Shown here: piece after piece, positions 43,480 through 53,107 of the stretch
Layout: each line of letters begins with the position of its first letter
Numbering within the stretch: position 1 is the stretch's first letter
Assembly (NCBI GenBank): GCA_036342255.1
Contig: JAZAUS010000008.1
Location: forward strand, 7,661-71,660
Length of the DNA: 64,000 bases
Direction: 5' to 3'
Source of the DNA: Bacilli bacterium
Lineage (GTDB): Bacteria; Bacillota_I; Bacilli_A; RF39; UBA660
Made by a program: the position numbers and the translations under genes
The notes under the pieces: generated by a model
Told to the model about the DNA's origin: nothing
The model's database searches: none
The model's input: only the letters and a program-made list of their open reading frames with translations

Positions 43480-44106
43480 TTAATTTTGGGATATGTGTTT
43501 TTTTATAATATTTGTATATATTATTAAATATATTATAGAAATACTATAGCCTGTAATTATATCACTACAATAGTGTACTCCTAAATAGATTCTACTTATT
43601 CCTACAAGTATTATTATTAGTATTAGTAATAACATTAATATTAGCTTTTTTTTCTTATCTTTTACATAATTATGGGTTAAATATAATAGATAACCGTATA
43701 GGGCCATACTGAGCATGGCATGACCACTTGGAAAGCTATATCCTCCTATTTTTATTAATCTATAGCCTATTGGTCTTGGCCTTCTTATTATATGTTTTAA
43801 TATTTGATTTAAGATAGCAGCTAATATAACATTTAATGGTACTGTTAAGGCTAATTTTTTGTTTTTAATTAATATAAAGCTAATTAGGGTAAATAATACT
43901 ATTCCTTCGGAATTACTTAATCTTGTTATTATTCTCATAACAGTATTAAGTGTGGGAGTTCTTAATTTTTTTACAAATATGTTATGGGCTATTATGTCAA
44001 TAGCTAGTGGTTTTTGATTAATAATACTATTAGTGATAGTGATGATTATTATTAATAAGATGATAATTATTATATTATTTTTATTCTTTTTTAAGAAATT
44101 AATCAT
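43480..44106 (-). CDS. PAP2-family phosphatase (BcrC/undecaprenyl-diphosphatase-like)
   Basis: KHIIRRPRP, SFPSGHA, SRIYLGVHYCSD. Confidence 0.8.
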   Translation of the reverse strand: MINFLKKNKNNIIIIILLIIIITITNSIINQKPLAIDIIAHNIFVKKLRTPTLNTVMRIITRLSNSEGIVLFTLISFILIKNKKLALTVPLNVILAAILNQILKHIIRRPRPIGYRLIKIGGYSFPSGHAMLSMALYGYLLYLTHNYVKDKKKKLILMLLLILIIILVGISRIYLGVHYCSDIITGYSISIIYLIIYTNIIKKHISQN

Positions 44107-44160
44107 ACTATCACTCCTAATTAGTCTCTATGTTATTATAACATATAAATTGGTTAATAA

Positions 44161-44469
44161 TTATTTTTTTATAATAAATTTGGTATTTTTTTCTAAATTA
44201 TTATAATAGTTTATTGGTAGTAATATGGTTTTATGGGCTTTATTATTTTCATAGATGGTGTTTTCATGCATAGCTTTTTTTATTGATAAGATATTATAAT
44301 CTTCATCAGTCATTACTACATCTATTCTTTGTTTAGATACTATGGAGCTATATTTATTACAATTATTTATTATTATGGCGTAATATAGTTTTTGAAATTT
44401 GTAGCGCATAATTCTGGGATTGGTTGTAATAGTAGCTTGTATATTTTTGCCTTTATATGTTAATATCAT
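44161..44469 (-). CDS. Small hypothetical protein (possibly DUF192-like)
   Basis: 102 aa. IDVVMTDEDYNILSI weakly resembles the DUF192 core. Confidence 0.35.
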   Translation of the reverse strand: MILTYKGKNIQATITTNPRIMRYKFQKLYYAIIINNCNKYSSIVSKQRIDVVMTDEDYNILSIKKAMHENTIYENNKAHKTILLPINYYNNLEKNTKFIIKK

Positions 44470-44500
44470 TTTTTTAAATAAAAAACTGATATTAAATCAG

Positions 44501-46831
44501 TTATTTATCTTTCCATTTCCAGTTTATTATTTCATCCATATCTTTACCAAATTCTTCAATATATTGTTTATGCATAACTAGTTTGTTTTGGCATAATTGG
44601 CTTAAGGATGAGGATTTGTTACCTAATATTGGTAGATGTCTTAATGCTGATAATACTAAATGGTAACGATCTATTTCATTTTGAACACGCATATCGAATG
44701 GTGTTGTTATAGTTCCTTCTTCTTTATAGCCATGGACATGTAAATCTTGATTATGTCTTTTATATGTTAGTTGATGGATTAGATGTGGATAGCCATGGAA
44801 AGCAAAGATGATTGGTTTATCTTTGGTAAAGATAGCATCATAATCTTCATCTTTTAATCCATGTGGGTGATTATAATCTGATTCTAGACGCATTAAATCA
44901 ACTACATTTACAACTCTTATTTTTAATTCTGGGAAATATTCTCTTAAGATGGAAGTAGCTGCTAAGGTTTCTAAAGTTGGTGTATCTCCGCAGCATGCCA
45001 TGATAAGATCTGGATCTGCTCCTTCATCATTACTTGCCCATTTCCATATTCCTATACCTTGTGTGCAATGAATTACTGCTTCCTCCATATTTAGCCATTG
45101 AGGAGTTGGATGTTTAGATGCTACTAAAACATTTATATAGTCTTTACTTTTTATACAGTGATGGAAGCAAGATAATAAGCAATTAGCATCTGGAGGTAGA
45201 TATATTCTTACTATGTCTGCTTTTTTTGTTACTAAATGGTTTAGAAAACCTGGGTCTTGATGTGTATATCCGTTATGGTCCTGTTGCCATACGTGAGATG
45301 TTAGAATATAGTTTAAGGATGATATTGGTCTTCTCCATGGTAATTGTTTAGATACTTTAAGCCATTTTGCATGTTGACTTGCCATTGAATCAACAATTCT
45401 AATGAAGGCTTCATAACTGTTAAAGAAGCCATGTCTTCCTGTTAATAGATATCCTTCTAATAATCCTTGACAAACATGCTCTGATAGTATTGAGTCTATT
45501 ACAACGCCATCAGCACTTAAGAACTCATCATTAGGTAATTTTTTAGCATTCCATTTTCTATTGCTGGCATCGAATACATAATTTAATCTATTTGATAATG
45601 TTTCATCTGGGGCAAATATTCTAAAATTATGCTTAGAAATATTTAGTTTTATAATATCTTTAATATATTTTCCTAATTCAATCATATCTTGAGCTTCAGT
45701 CTCTCCATGATTTATTTCTAAGCCATATTCTCTAAAATCTGGCATATTTAATTCTTGTAATAGTTTACCACCATTAGCGTTAGGATTAGCTCCCATTCTA
45801 TTTAATCCTTTTGGAGCTAATTCTTTTAATTCTTTTTTTAGAGTTCCATTTTCATCAAATAATTCTTCTGGGTGATAGCTTTTAAGCCATTTTTCTAATA
45901 AATCTAAATTTTCTTGTTTATTATCTATTTTTATTGGTACTTGATGGGCTCTAAAACTTCCTTCTATTTCTTTTCCATCTATTTCTTTTGGTCCAGTCCA
46001 ACCTTTAGGTGTTTTTAATATTATCATAGGCCATCTAGGTCTTTTATTTGATTTTTTATATTTTATGTCTTGTATTTTTTCTATTACTTCATCTAATATA
46101 CTAGCCATTCTTTCATGCATATATTCGGGATCGTCACCTTCTACATAAAAAGGTAGGTATCCGCAGCCTCTAAAATAGTCATCTAATTCTATATCTGTTA
46201 TGCGTGAGAATATGGTAGGATTAGCTATTTTATAGCCATTTAAATGAAGTATTGGTAATACTGTTCCATCTGTTTTGGGATTGATTATTTTATTTATTTG
46301 TAAAGAGGCTTGTAATGGGCCTGTTTCTAATTCTCCATCACCGATAACGCAAGCTGCTATAAGAGTTGGATTATCTAAAACAGCTCCGTAAGCATGAGCC
46401 ATGCTATATCCTAGTTCTCCTCCTTCATTAATGGATCCTGGTGTTTCAGGAGCAACATGAGATGATATACCTCCAGGGAATGAAAATTGTTTAAATAATT
46501 TTTTTAATCCTTCTTCATCTTCAGTAATATTTGGATATACTTCACTATATGTTCCTTCAAGATAGACATTTGAAACAATAGCTTGTCCTCCATGTCCTGG
46601 TCCTGATATATATATCATATTTAAATCATATTTTTTTATTACTCTATTTAGATGAGCATATATGAAGTTTTGTCCTGGTGCTGTTCCCCAATGTCCTACT
46701 ATTTTTGATTTCACATCTTTAAAGGATAATTTTGATCTTAATAAAGGATTATCTAATAAATATAATTGTCCTACTGATAAGTAGTTAGCTGCTCTCCAAT
46801 AGGCATCTAGTTTTTTTAATTCTTTTTTCAT
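44501..46831 (-). CDS. xfp: Xylulose-5-phosphate/fructose-6-phosphate phosphoketolase
   Basis: 776 aa. [42 protein letters not shown]. Confidence 0.9.
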   Translation of the reverse strand: MKKELKKLDAYWRAANYLSVGQLYLLDNPLLRSKLSFKDVKSKIVGHWGTAPGQNFIYAHLNRVIKKYDLNMIYISGPGHGGQAIVSNVYLEGTYSEVYPNITEDEEGLKKLFKQFSFPGGISSHVAPETPGSINEGGELGYSMAHAYGAVLDNPTLIAACVIGDGELETGPLQASLQINKIINPKTDGTVLPILHLNGYKIANPTIFSRITDIELDDYFRGCGYLPFYVEGDDPEYMHERMASILDEVIEKIQDIKYKKSNKRPRWPMIILKTPKGWTGPKEIDGKEIEGSFRAHQVPIKIDNKQENLDLLEKWLKSYHPEELFDENGTLKKELKELAPKGLNRMGANPNANGGKLLQELNMPDFREYGLEINHGETEAQDMIELGKYIKDIIKLNISKHNFRIFAPDETLSNRLNYVFDASNRKWNAKKLPNDEFLSADGVVIDSILSEHVCQGLLEGYLLTGRHGFFNSYEAFIRIVDSMASQHAKWLKVSKQLPWRRPISSLNYILTSHVWQQDHNGYTHQDPGFLNHLVTKKADIVRIYLPPDANCLLSCFHHCIKSKDYINVLVASKHPTPQWLNMEEAVIHCTQGIGIWKWASNDEGADPDLIMACCGDTPTLETLAATSILREYFPELKIRVVNVVDLMRLESDYNHPHGLKDEDYDAIFTKDKPIIFAFHGYPHLIHQLTYKRHNQDLHVHGYKEEGTITTPFDMRVQNEIDRYHLVLSALRHLPILGNKSSSLSQLCQNKLVMHKQYIEEFGKDMDEIINWKWKDK

Positions 46832-46890
46832 ATTGTGCTCCTTTAATACTTTTTTGTTAAAATAAGCTAAAGATTTAGAACTTTAGCTTA

Positions 46891-47655
46891 TTATTTTTCT
46901 ATTTCATTTAATTTCTTATCTAAATCATTTATAATAGTTTGAAGTCGATCATAATTAATTCTTAAATTATCTTTTTCTTTTTGAATTTTTTCTTCTTCAC
47001 GTTTTTTATAATCAGTAAAATCTTTCTTTTCTTCTTTTAATCTATCTTTATCTGCTTCTAGTTTTGCACTTGATTCATCAATACTTAATCGCATCTCTTT
47101 TAATTCATCAATGTAATTATTTATTTCATTAACTCTTTTTGATAAGGCATCAAATAATTTATCAAAATTATTTAATTTTTCATTATGTTGCTTCTCTGTT
47201 TTTGTTTTTTCTTCTTTATGATTATTATCTTTTTCAAATTCTTCTTTTGATTCTTTTATATTTTTTCTAATTTCTTTTACTTCATCGGTTATGAATCTAT
47301 ATTGTGGGGACTTCTTTTCATTTGTAATAAGTCGATATTCTGTCCAAAATTGTTTAATCGAAGAAACTTTTGGTTTAACAACTATTCCTTTTTCAATATA
47401 ATTATTAAAATATAATATGTTATCAATTTCACTATCGACAGGAGTTAAGTTTTCAATATTATCATACATATTATTAATTCTATCACGATATTCTTTATGT
47501 CTAGAATAATTTGTTAATTTAACACTGTTATCTTCTTCAATTTTTTTGTTTTGGAATTCTGGTTTTTTATTCTTTTTAATTTCTCCAAGATTAGAAAATA
47601 GGTTTTCAGGTAATTCAATATTTCTTATTCTATTACTGTTATGCATCATTTTCAC
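46891..47655 (-). CDS. Coiled-coil hypothetical protein
   Basis: 254 aa, Lys/Glu-rich C-terminal heptads. 17-nt overlap with the upstream gene. Confidence 0.45.
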   Translation of the reverse strand: MKMMHNSNRIRNIELPENLFSNLGEIKKNKKPEFQNKKIEEDNSVKLTNYSRHKEYRDRINNMYDNIENLTPVDSEIDNILYFNNYIEKGIVVKPKVSSIKQFWTEYRLITNEKKSPQYRFITDEVKEIRKNIKESKEEFEKDNNHKEEKTKTEKQHNEKLNNFDKLFDALSKRVNEINNYIDELKEMRLSIDESSAKLEADKDRLKEEKKDFTDYKKREEEKIQKEKDNLRINYDRLQTIINDLDKKLNEIEK

Positions 47656-47923
47656 CTTCTAAACTGTATTTAGCAATTGACTTTAATATGTTTTTGATTT
47701 TTTCCCATTCTTCTCCATCTTGAATATTTTCAATAAATTGTTTATTATCAATTTTTATTACTTTACCAGAATATATGATAGTGTTGCCGTCGCGATCTTT
47801 TTCATTTTTACTGTAGATGATATACTTTTCTTCTCTATTAGGAATTTTGAATGCACAAATTAAGTCTACATCTCCTATTTCACGGTATCCATCTACTAAT
47901 GTGATTATTTTATTGTTCCCCAT
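47639..47923 (-). CDS. Small hypothetical protein (DUF1292-like)
   Basis: 94 aa. Pattern ..LVDGYREIGDVDLICAF..EEKYIIYSK.. weakly resembles DUF1292. Confidence 0.4.
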   Translation of the reverse strand: MGNNKIITLVDGYREIGDVDLICAFKIPNREEKYIIYSKNEKDRDGNTIIYSGKVIKIDNKQFIENIQDGEEWEKIKNILKSIAKYSLEGENDA

Positions 47924-48032
47924 TTTATTCTCCTCCTATCATATGTAGTCATTATATCATATATTTTTTTTTATAACAAGAAAATATTTGTAAAACATTA
48001 AAAAAGTTCTTTCATAACATAAACGTTATTTT

Positions 48033-48062
48033 TAGTTAAGTATTAGTTAATAATTTAACTTA
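48033..48062 (+). promoter_or_regulatory. Candidate LytTR/AgrA-type repeat sites upstream of agrB
   Basis: TAGTTAAG-N3-TAGTTAAT direct repeat plus inverted TTAACTTA, ~50-70 nt upstream of candidate agrB -10 elements. Confidence 0.3.
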
Positions 48063-48144
48063 ATATTTCCTTTTATAAATACTTCTTATAGTTTAGTTTT
48101 TTTTTGACATATTATAATTATACTATTTAATAGTAGGTGATGTT

Positions 48145-48735
48145 TTGAAGAAGAAAATATTGGATATGTGTATAAATATTATTTCTAAAAATAATAATTA
48201 TTCTAAAGATAAGTTGGAAGCTATTAGATATGGTCTTGAAGCGATATATTTAACTGTTACTAAAATGTTTGTTATTATCTGTATTGCTTTAACTCTTGGT
48301 ATGGTTAAAGAAGTTTTCTTACTACTTATTACTTATAATATTATTAGATCACAAGCTTTTGGTTTGCATGCTAGTAAAAGTATTTATTGTTTGATATCTT
48401 CTTTAATATCATTTATAGGAGGAGCATTTATTTGTAAATATATTATTATTCCAAAAATAGTTATGATTGTTTTGGCTATAGGGTGTAATGTTGGGTTATT
48501 ATTATATGCTCCTGCTGATACTTATAAGAGACCTCTGATAAATGATAAGAAGAGGAAAAGATTTAAATTTATTAGCTTTGTATTAGGTATAATATATTCT
48601 TTAATTATATTATTTAGCAATAGTAAAATTACTAATTATCTTTTAATAGGTATGATATTGGCTGTTATTATGATTTTGCCTATTACTTATAAGATTTTTA
48701 AATTACCTTATAATAATTTTAAGAATTATAAATAA
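48145..48735 (+). CDS. agrB: AgrB, accessory gene regulator protein B (AgrD-processing membrane peptidase)
   Basis: IRSQAFGLHASKSIYCLISS (catalytic His/Cys context) and YAPADTYKRPL. TTG start after AGGTGA. Confidence 0.85.
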   Translation: MKKKILDMCINIISKNNNYSKDKLEAIRYGLEAIYLTVTKMFVIICIALTLGMVKEVFLLLITYNIIRSQAFGLHASKSIYCLISSLISFIGGAFICKYIIIPKIVMIVLAIGCNVGLLLYAPADTYKRPLINDKKRKRFKFISFVLGIIYSLIILFSNSKITNYLLIGMILAVIMILPITYKIFKLPYNNFKNYK

Positions 48736-48796
48736 TGTGTTTAATTAGTGAATGCTAATTTAACAATAAAAAGAATATGTAAAGGAGGTTGTTATA

Positions 48797-48919
48797 ATGA
48801 AATTTATTGCTGATATTTTGGCTGCTATTGGTAATGGGGCAGCAACTGTTGGTACACAAGGTTGTTATATTTGGTTTATCGATGAACCAGAGATGCCAAA
48901 ATCTTTACTTGATAAGTAA
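48797..48919 (+). CDS. agrD: AgrD autoinducing-peptide precursor (not in ORF track)
   Basis: AAAGGAGG-N8-ATG. MKFIADILAAIGNGAATVGTQGCYIWFIDEPEMPKSLLDK has an amphipathic leader, a Cys + 4 ring (CYIWF) and a DEPExPKxLL recognition tail. Confidence 0.8.
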   Translation: MKFIADILAAIGNGAATVGTQGCYIWFIDEPEMPKSLLDK

Positions 48920-48920
48920 T

Positions 48921-48953
48921 AAAGAAGTCTATTTTTTAGAAATAGACTTCTTT
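48921..48953. terminator. Bidirectional terminator shared by agrD and the convergent kinase gene
   Basis: 14-bp stem AAAGAAGTCTATTT/AAATAGACTTCTTT. One arm encodes the last codons of the kinase. Confidence 0.7.
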
Positions 48954-50248
48954 ATTGTTAGTGTTTGAATGTATAATTTTTTTGTTATTTTAGTTTCTAA
49001 TATAAAAATATTATTCTTATTAATTAGATGATTGACTAATAATAGGCCATGTCCTCTATTAATATCTTTGGTTGAATACTTTTCTATGCCAATTCTTTCG
49101 AAATCTATTTTTTGATTATGGGAATTGGAAATAATAAATATACAATCTTTTTTAGTGTTTAAGTATACTTCTATGCTAAATTGGTGTTCTTTTGTTTCTA
49201 ATGCTCCTTCGATAGCATTATCTAATAGAACACCAAGTATTTTACCTAGATCACGATTTTGTTTTGTATTTAATTTATAAATAATTGAGTTTTCTACTCT
49301 GGTTGATATGTTTATAGCTGTTTTTAATCCTTTATTCTCTGCTTCTTGTGTTTTAAAGTAACATAATCCTTTGATACCATTAGCAGGTAGATAGCCAAAT
49401 TTGGCGTATATTTCATTTTTAAATTCATGTTTTTCATTTAGTATTTCATCAATGTATTTAATAATATCTTTTTCTTTTTGTTTATCTATAATTTTACTTT
49501 TTATAGATAGAAATTCATTTTTTGTTTCATGTCTTAATACTCTTATTTTTTCAATTTCTTTTTCATAACTAGTCATAAATTCTAATAATTTATCATATTT
49601 ATTAATTATCTTTTTATTCTCAATAGTTTGTTTTATGAGACTAAATAATACTATTAATAATACTATAATAGCTATTATATATATAAAAATATTTTGACCA
49701 AATTTGAATTCTTTTATTATAGTGTGAAAGAACATTCCAACACATATAAAGATTATTATAGAATAAATAATTATTTTTATATTATTATCTATTTGGGTAT
49801 TTATTAGTTTTTTTAGTGGTTTTCTTAATAAATATGTTATTATTAGAAATAAAATACATATAGATATGTTACCAATAATACTACCAGCGAAGCTATTATA
49901 GCATTCTTCTATGCTTAACTTTAAGATTTTGGTTACAAAAAACAATTCTAATAAGTCAGGAATTATTAGAATTATTAAGTATAAAAATGTTAGAAATATG
50001 GCTTTTTTTGTACTTATATTAAATGTATATTTATAAAATAACATGTTTATGATTGAGACTAAAACTGTTTTTAGGGTTCCATCTAAATAAGTATAAATTA
50101 TTGTATGAATAATGCATATTAAGAAAAGTATAAATAATATTTTATTTTTATTATTTTGATTTGATTCGGCAAGTATGATTTTTCCAAAAAAATATACACC
50201 TATAGTCATAATAACTATTCCTATATAGGTGCTAATAATTTGCCACAT
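48929..50248 (-). CDS. AgrC-like membrane histidine kinase (HATPase_c_5 type)
   Basis: Six or seven N-terminal TM helices. LRHETKNEF (H-box), LLDNAIEGA, NRGHGLLLV. Confidence 0.8.
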   Translation of the reverse strand: MWQIISTYIGIVIMTIGVYFFGKIILAESNQNNKNKILFILFLICIIHTIIYTYLDGTLKTVLVSIINMLFYKYTFNISTKKAIFLTFLYLIILIIPDLLELFFVTKILKLSIEECYNSFAGSIIGNISICILFLIITYLLRKPLKKLINTQIDNNIKIIIYSIIIFICVGMFFHTIIKEFKFGQNIFIYIIAIIVLLIVLFSLIKQTIENKKIINKYDKLLEFMTSYEKEIEKIRVLRHETKNEFLSIKSKIIDKQKEKDIIKYIDEILNEKHEFKNEIYAKFGYLPANGIKGLCYFKTQEAENKGLKTAINISTRVENSIIYKLNTKQNRDLGKILGVLLDNAIEGALETKEHQFSIEVYLNTKKDCIFIISNSHNQKIDFERIGIEKYSTKDINRGHGLLLVNHLINKNNIFILETKITKKLYIQTLTIKKSISKK

Positions 50249-50963
50249 ATTCTTTTAATCCTTTCTTATTTCTTGTTGATATTAAATATATGGTTTGATT
50301 GTTAAGAAAAGTTATTGTTCCTTCTGGATAATTAATTCTTTTTATTTTTTCTATATTTACAAGGCAAGATTTGTGAGATTGATAGAAACTAGGTCCTAAT
50401 TTGGTTTTGAGCTTAGATATGGTTGATAATATTTCATATTTACTTTTATCTTCCATATAGATGATACACTTTTGATTATCTGGAACTTTTTCAATATATA
50501 GGATACTGTTTATTGGTAATCTATATGAATTACGATTATAGTCGAATGATAAAACTCTTCTATTACTAATATTTTTGACAGCGTATTTTATTGTTTTTTC
50601 TAATCTATCTTGCCATAATTTATTTTTATTAATATAATCAATAGCTAGTAATCTGGAATAAAAAATATCATTTTGACATTCTGGATGAGCAGTTACAAAT
50701 ATTATTACGCTTTCTAGATCAGTTTCTCTTATATTAGAAGCTATTTCCAATCCAGATATTTCTGGTAATTCTATATCTAGTATATATATTTTTTGTTCTT
50801 GCTCTTGAGCTATAATTCTTTCTATTTCTTTATCGTATTTTTGGAATTTATTTATCTTATATTCAAAATTATAGGGCATCATTATTTTATTGATAATAAT
50901 TGCTATTTTTTCATTGCAATCTTTATTGTCTTCACAAATGATAAACCTCAACATTATTGTCAT
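50232..50963 (-). CDS. LytTR-family response regulator (AgrA-like)
   Basis: Receiver domain (FIICEDN, ILDIELPEISGLE) + LytTR (FYQSHKSCLVNIEKIKRI). Overlaps the kinase gene. Confidence 0.85.
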   Translation of the reverse strand: MTIMLRFIICEDNKDCNEKIAIIINKIMMPYNFEYKINKFQKYDKEIERIIAQEQEQKIYILDIELPEISGLEIASNIRETDLESVIIFVTAHPECQNDIFYSRLLAIDYINKNKLWQDRLEKTIKYAVKNISNRRVLSFDYNRNSYRLPINSILYIEKVPDNQKCIIYMEDKSKYEILSTISKLKTKLGPSFYQSHKSCLVNIEKIKRINYPEGTITFLNNQTIYLISTRNKKGLKEYVANY

Positions 50964-51071
50964 TTCTCCTTCCTAAAAAACACTTTTTTATTATATCATC
51001 TTTTTAATGAAAACTAGCTTTATTTTATGGTTTGGTATAAATATTACCAATATGTTATAAAAAAGATTTGA

Positions 51072-52382
51072 CTATTTAGTCAAATCTTTTATTAATAATT
51101 CTGTGGCTTTTTCTAACTGTTCATCTTTAGTTAAACTTTTTAGTTCAACTTTCTCAGTTGGTGTTACACCTTTCTTGTCAATCCAATTACCTTTTGGTGT
51201 TAACCATTTTTGAACTGTATATTTTATCATTGTACCATCTTTTAGTTTTTTGGCTTTTTGAACGGTTCCTTTTCCATAAGTTGTAGTACCTACTATATGA
51301 CCATTATAGCTTTCTTTAATAGCAGCTGCTAGTATTTCTGATGCAGAAGCACTATATTTGTTGGTTAGAACTGCTATTGGATACTCTCTATGTTCTGTAG
51401 TTTTATCTTTTTCTTTAATTGTTTTATTTTTACTAGATAATCTGTATATTATTTTTCCCTTCTTTAAGAACATGCTTGAAATGTCAGTTGCTGTGGTTAA
51501 ATAACCGCCATTGTTATTTCTTACATCTATAATTAGGGCTTCTATTTTTTTCTTTTCTAGTTTTTTTAACTCTTTTTTGAATTGGGTTGTGGTTACGGAT
51601 GAGAAAATTGATATGTTGATATAACCTATTTTTTTATTATCTTGTTCTATAATCTTGCTTGAGATTGTTGGTACGTTTATTTTTTCTCTTTTAATAATTA
51701 TATCTTTTTCTTCTTCACCTCTTTTAATGGTTAGTTTTATGGTTTTGTTCTTACTATTTTTTACATATTCGGCCATATCTGTAATACTTTTATTTTCAAA
51801 ATTTTTATCATCTATTTTTAAAACAATATCTTTTTCTTTTAAGCCAGCTTTTTTGGCTGGACTGTTGTCAAATATTTCAACAATAACGATATTCCCTTTT
51901 TCATCTTTTGATACACTGGCACCTATTCCTTCATATACACCGCCTACTGTTTCCATAAATGATTCTGTTTTTTCTTCATCACTATATGTAGTAAAACCAT
52001 CATCGACACTTGAAACCATTGAAGAGATAGCTGAATTTATTATTTTTTCCTTATCAACTTTACCATAATAACTTGTTGTTATAGCATCATAAGTATCTAT
52101 TAATTTATTTAGTTCTTTATACAATTTAATATAGTTTTTTCCACCAGATAAAAAATATAATACTATTAGGCACATTAGTGCTCCCATTAGTTGATAGTAT
52201 ATTGCGTTAAATATTTGACTTTTTAATTGTTTTTTATCTTCTTTGTTTATGTTATTTTTTTCTTTAAGTTTTTTTCTGGCTTCTTTGATAGTAGCTTTTT
52301 GTTGTTTTATTATTTTTTTAGCTTTTTCTATTTTGGATAACTCTTTAGAGGTATCTTTATCTTTTTTTATACGAAACTTCAT
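51072..52382 (-). CDS. S41 C-terminal processing peptidase (CtpA-like) with PDZ
   Basis: TM anchor, PDZ (GLKEKDIVLKIDD), IIDVRNNNGGYL, SASASEILAAAIKE, TTYGKGTVQ. Confidence 0.85.
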   Translation of the reverse strand: MKFRIKKDKDTSKELSKIEKAKKIIKQQKATIKEARKKLKEKNNINKEDKKQLKSQIFNAIYYQLMGALMCLIVLYFLSGGKNYIKLYKELNKLIDTYDAITTSYYGKVDKEKIINSAISSMVSSVDDGFTTYSDEEKTESFMETVGGVYEGIGASVSKDEKGNIVIVEIFDNSPAKKAGLKEKDIVLKIDDKNFENKSITDMAEYVKNSKNKTIKLTIKRGEEEKDIIIKREKINVPTISSKIIEQDNKKIGYINISIFSSVTTTQFKKELKKLEKKKIEALIIDVRNNNGGYLTTATDISSMFLKKGKIIYRLSSKNKTIKEKDKTTEHREYPIAVLTNKYSASASEILAAAIKESYNGHIVGTTTYGKGTVQKAKKLKDGTMIKYTVQKWLTPKGNWIDKKGVTPTEKVELKSLTKDEQLEKATELLIKDLTK

Positions 52383-52458
52383 GTAATAATCACCTTCTAT
52401 GTATTAGTCTAGCATATTATATTTTTTTTTACAATTAAAAAAGCAGATTTTAATCTGC

Positions 52459-52860
52459 TTATTTTTTGGAAATCTCGTCCTTACTTTTTTTATTATCCTC
52501 TTTTTTGGTTTGACTACTAGTAGAATCTTTTTTATTGTTGTCGGATTGAGCTAAAAATGTGACACGTTCTGCTATTATTTCAGTTTTTTTCTTTTTAGTT
52601 CCATCTTCATTTTGAATGACTCTGGTTTGAATTCTACCTTTAACGCCAATCATATCACCTGTTTGACAATACTCACTTGTATTTTCAGCAACATTTGTCC
52701 AAAGTGTGCAATCTAAAAAATCAGTGTCATATTCTCCATCCATATTTTTATAATTTCTTGGTACGGCTAGAGTAATTCTACTAATCTTTTTTCCGTTGTC
52801 AGTTATTTTTAGCTCTGGTGTTTTTACTAGGCGTCCAACCAAAACTACTTGATTAAGCAT
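52459..52860 (-). CDS. ssb: Single-stranded DNA-binding protein lacking the acidic C-terminal tip
   Basis: MLNQVVLVGRLVKTPELK.. OB fold. The tail ends ..KKEDNKKSKDEISKK rather than D-D-(I/L)-P-F. Confidence 0.85.
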   Translation of the reverse strand: MLNQVVLVGRLVKTPELKITDNGKKISRITLAVPRNYKNMDGEYDTDFLDCTLWTNVAENTSEYCQTGDMIGVKGRIQTRVIQNEDGTKKKKTEIIAERVTFLAQSDNNKKDSTSSQTKKEDNKKSKDEISKK

Positions 52861-52862
52861 TT

Positions 52863-52886
52863 TTCCCTCCCTTCAAGGAGGAATAT
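52863..52886 (-). promoter_or_regulatory. SD-sequestering hairpin in the ssb leader
   Basis: Minus strand TTCCTCC-TTGAAG-GGAGGGAA: the anti-SD pairs with the GGAGGG SD located 5 nt before the ssb ATG. Confidence 0.35.
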
Positions 52887-53107
52887 ATCATTTTAATATT
52901 CTTATTTCAAATTTAAATTTTTTGTTTTTTACTATCATATTTTTTTTGTTTTGGTTGGAATTTTTTTATTTGCTTTTTAAAAGATATTTTTGGTAAATAT
53001 TTTTTTTATTTTGAAGATTTTCTTAATGTATATTTATATTATTTTTTATTTTTATATTATTTTTTATTTTACATATATTTTACATTATTTATATAAAAAT
53101 AGAAGAA

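Noticed and set aside
52887-53107. AT-rich tract with short tandem repeats (TTATATTATTTTTTATTT twice) upstream of ssb, considered as CRISPR, iteron or origin-like
   Set aside because: There are only two short low-complexity copies, no spacer-repeat periodicity, no DnaA-box-like motifs and no nearby replication genes. It most likely reflects promoter-upstream AT-rich DNA.
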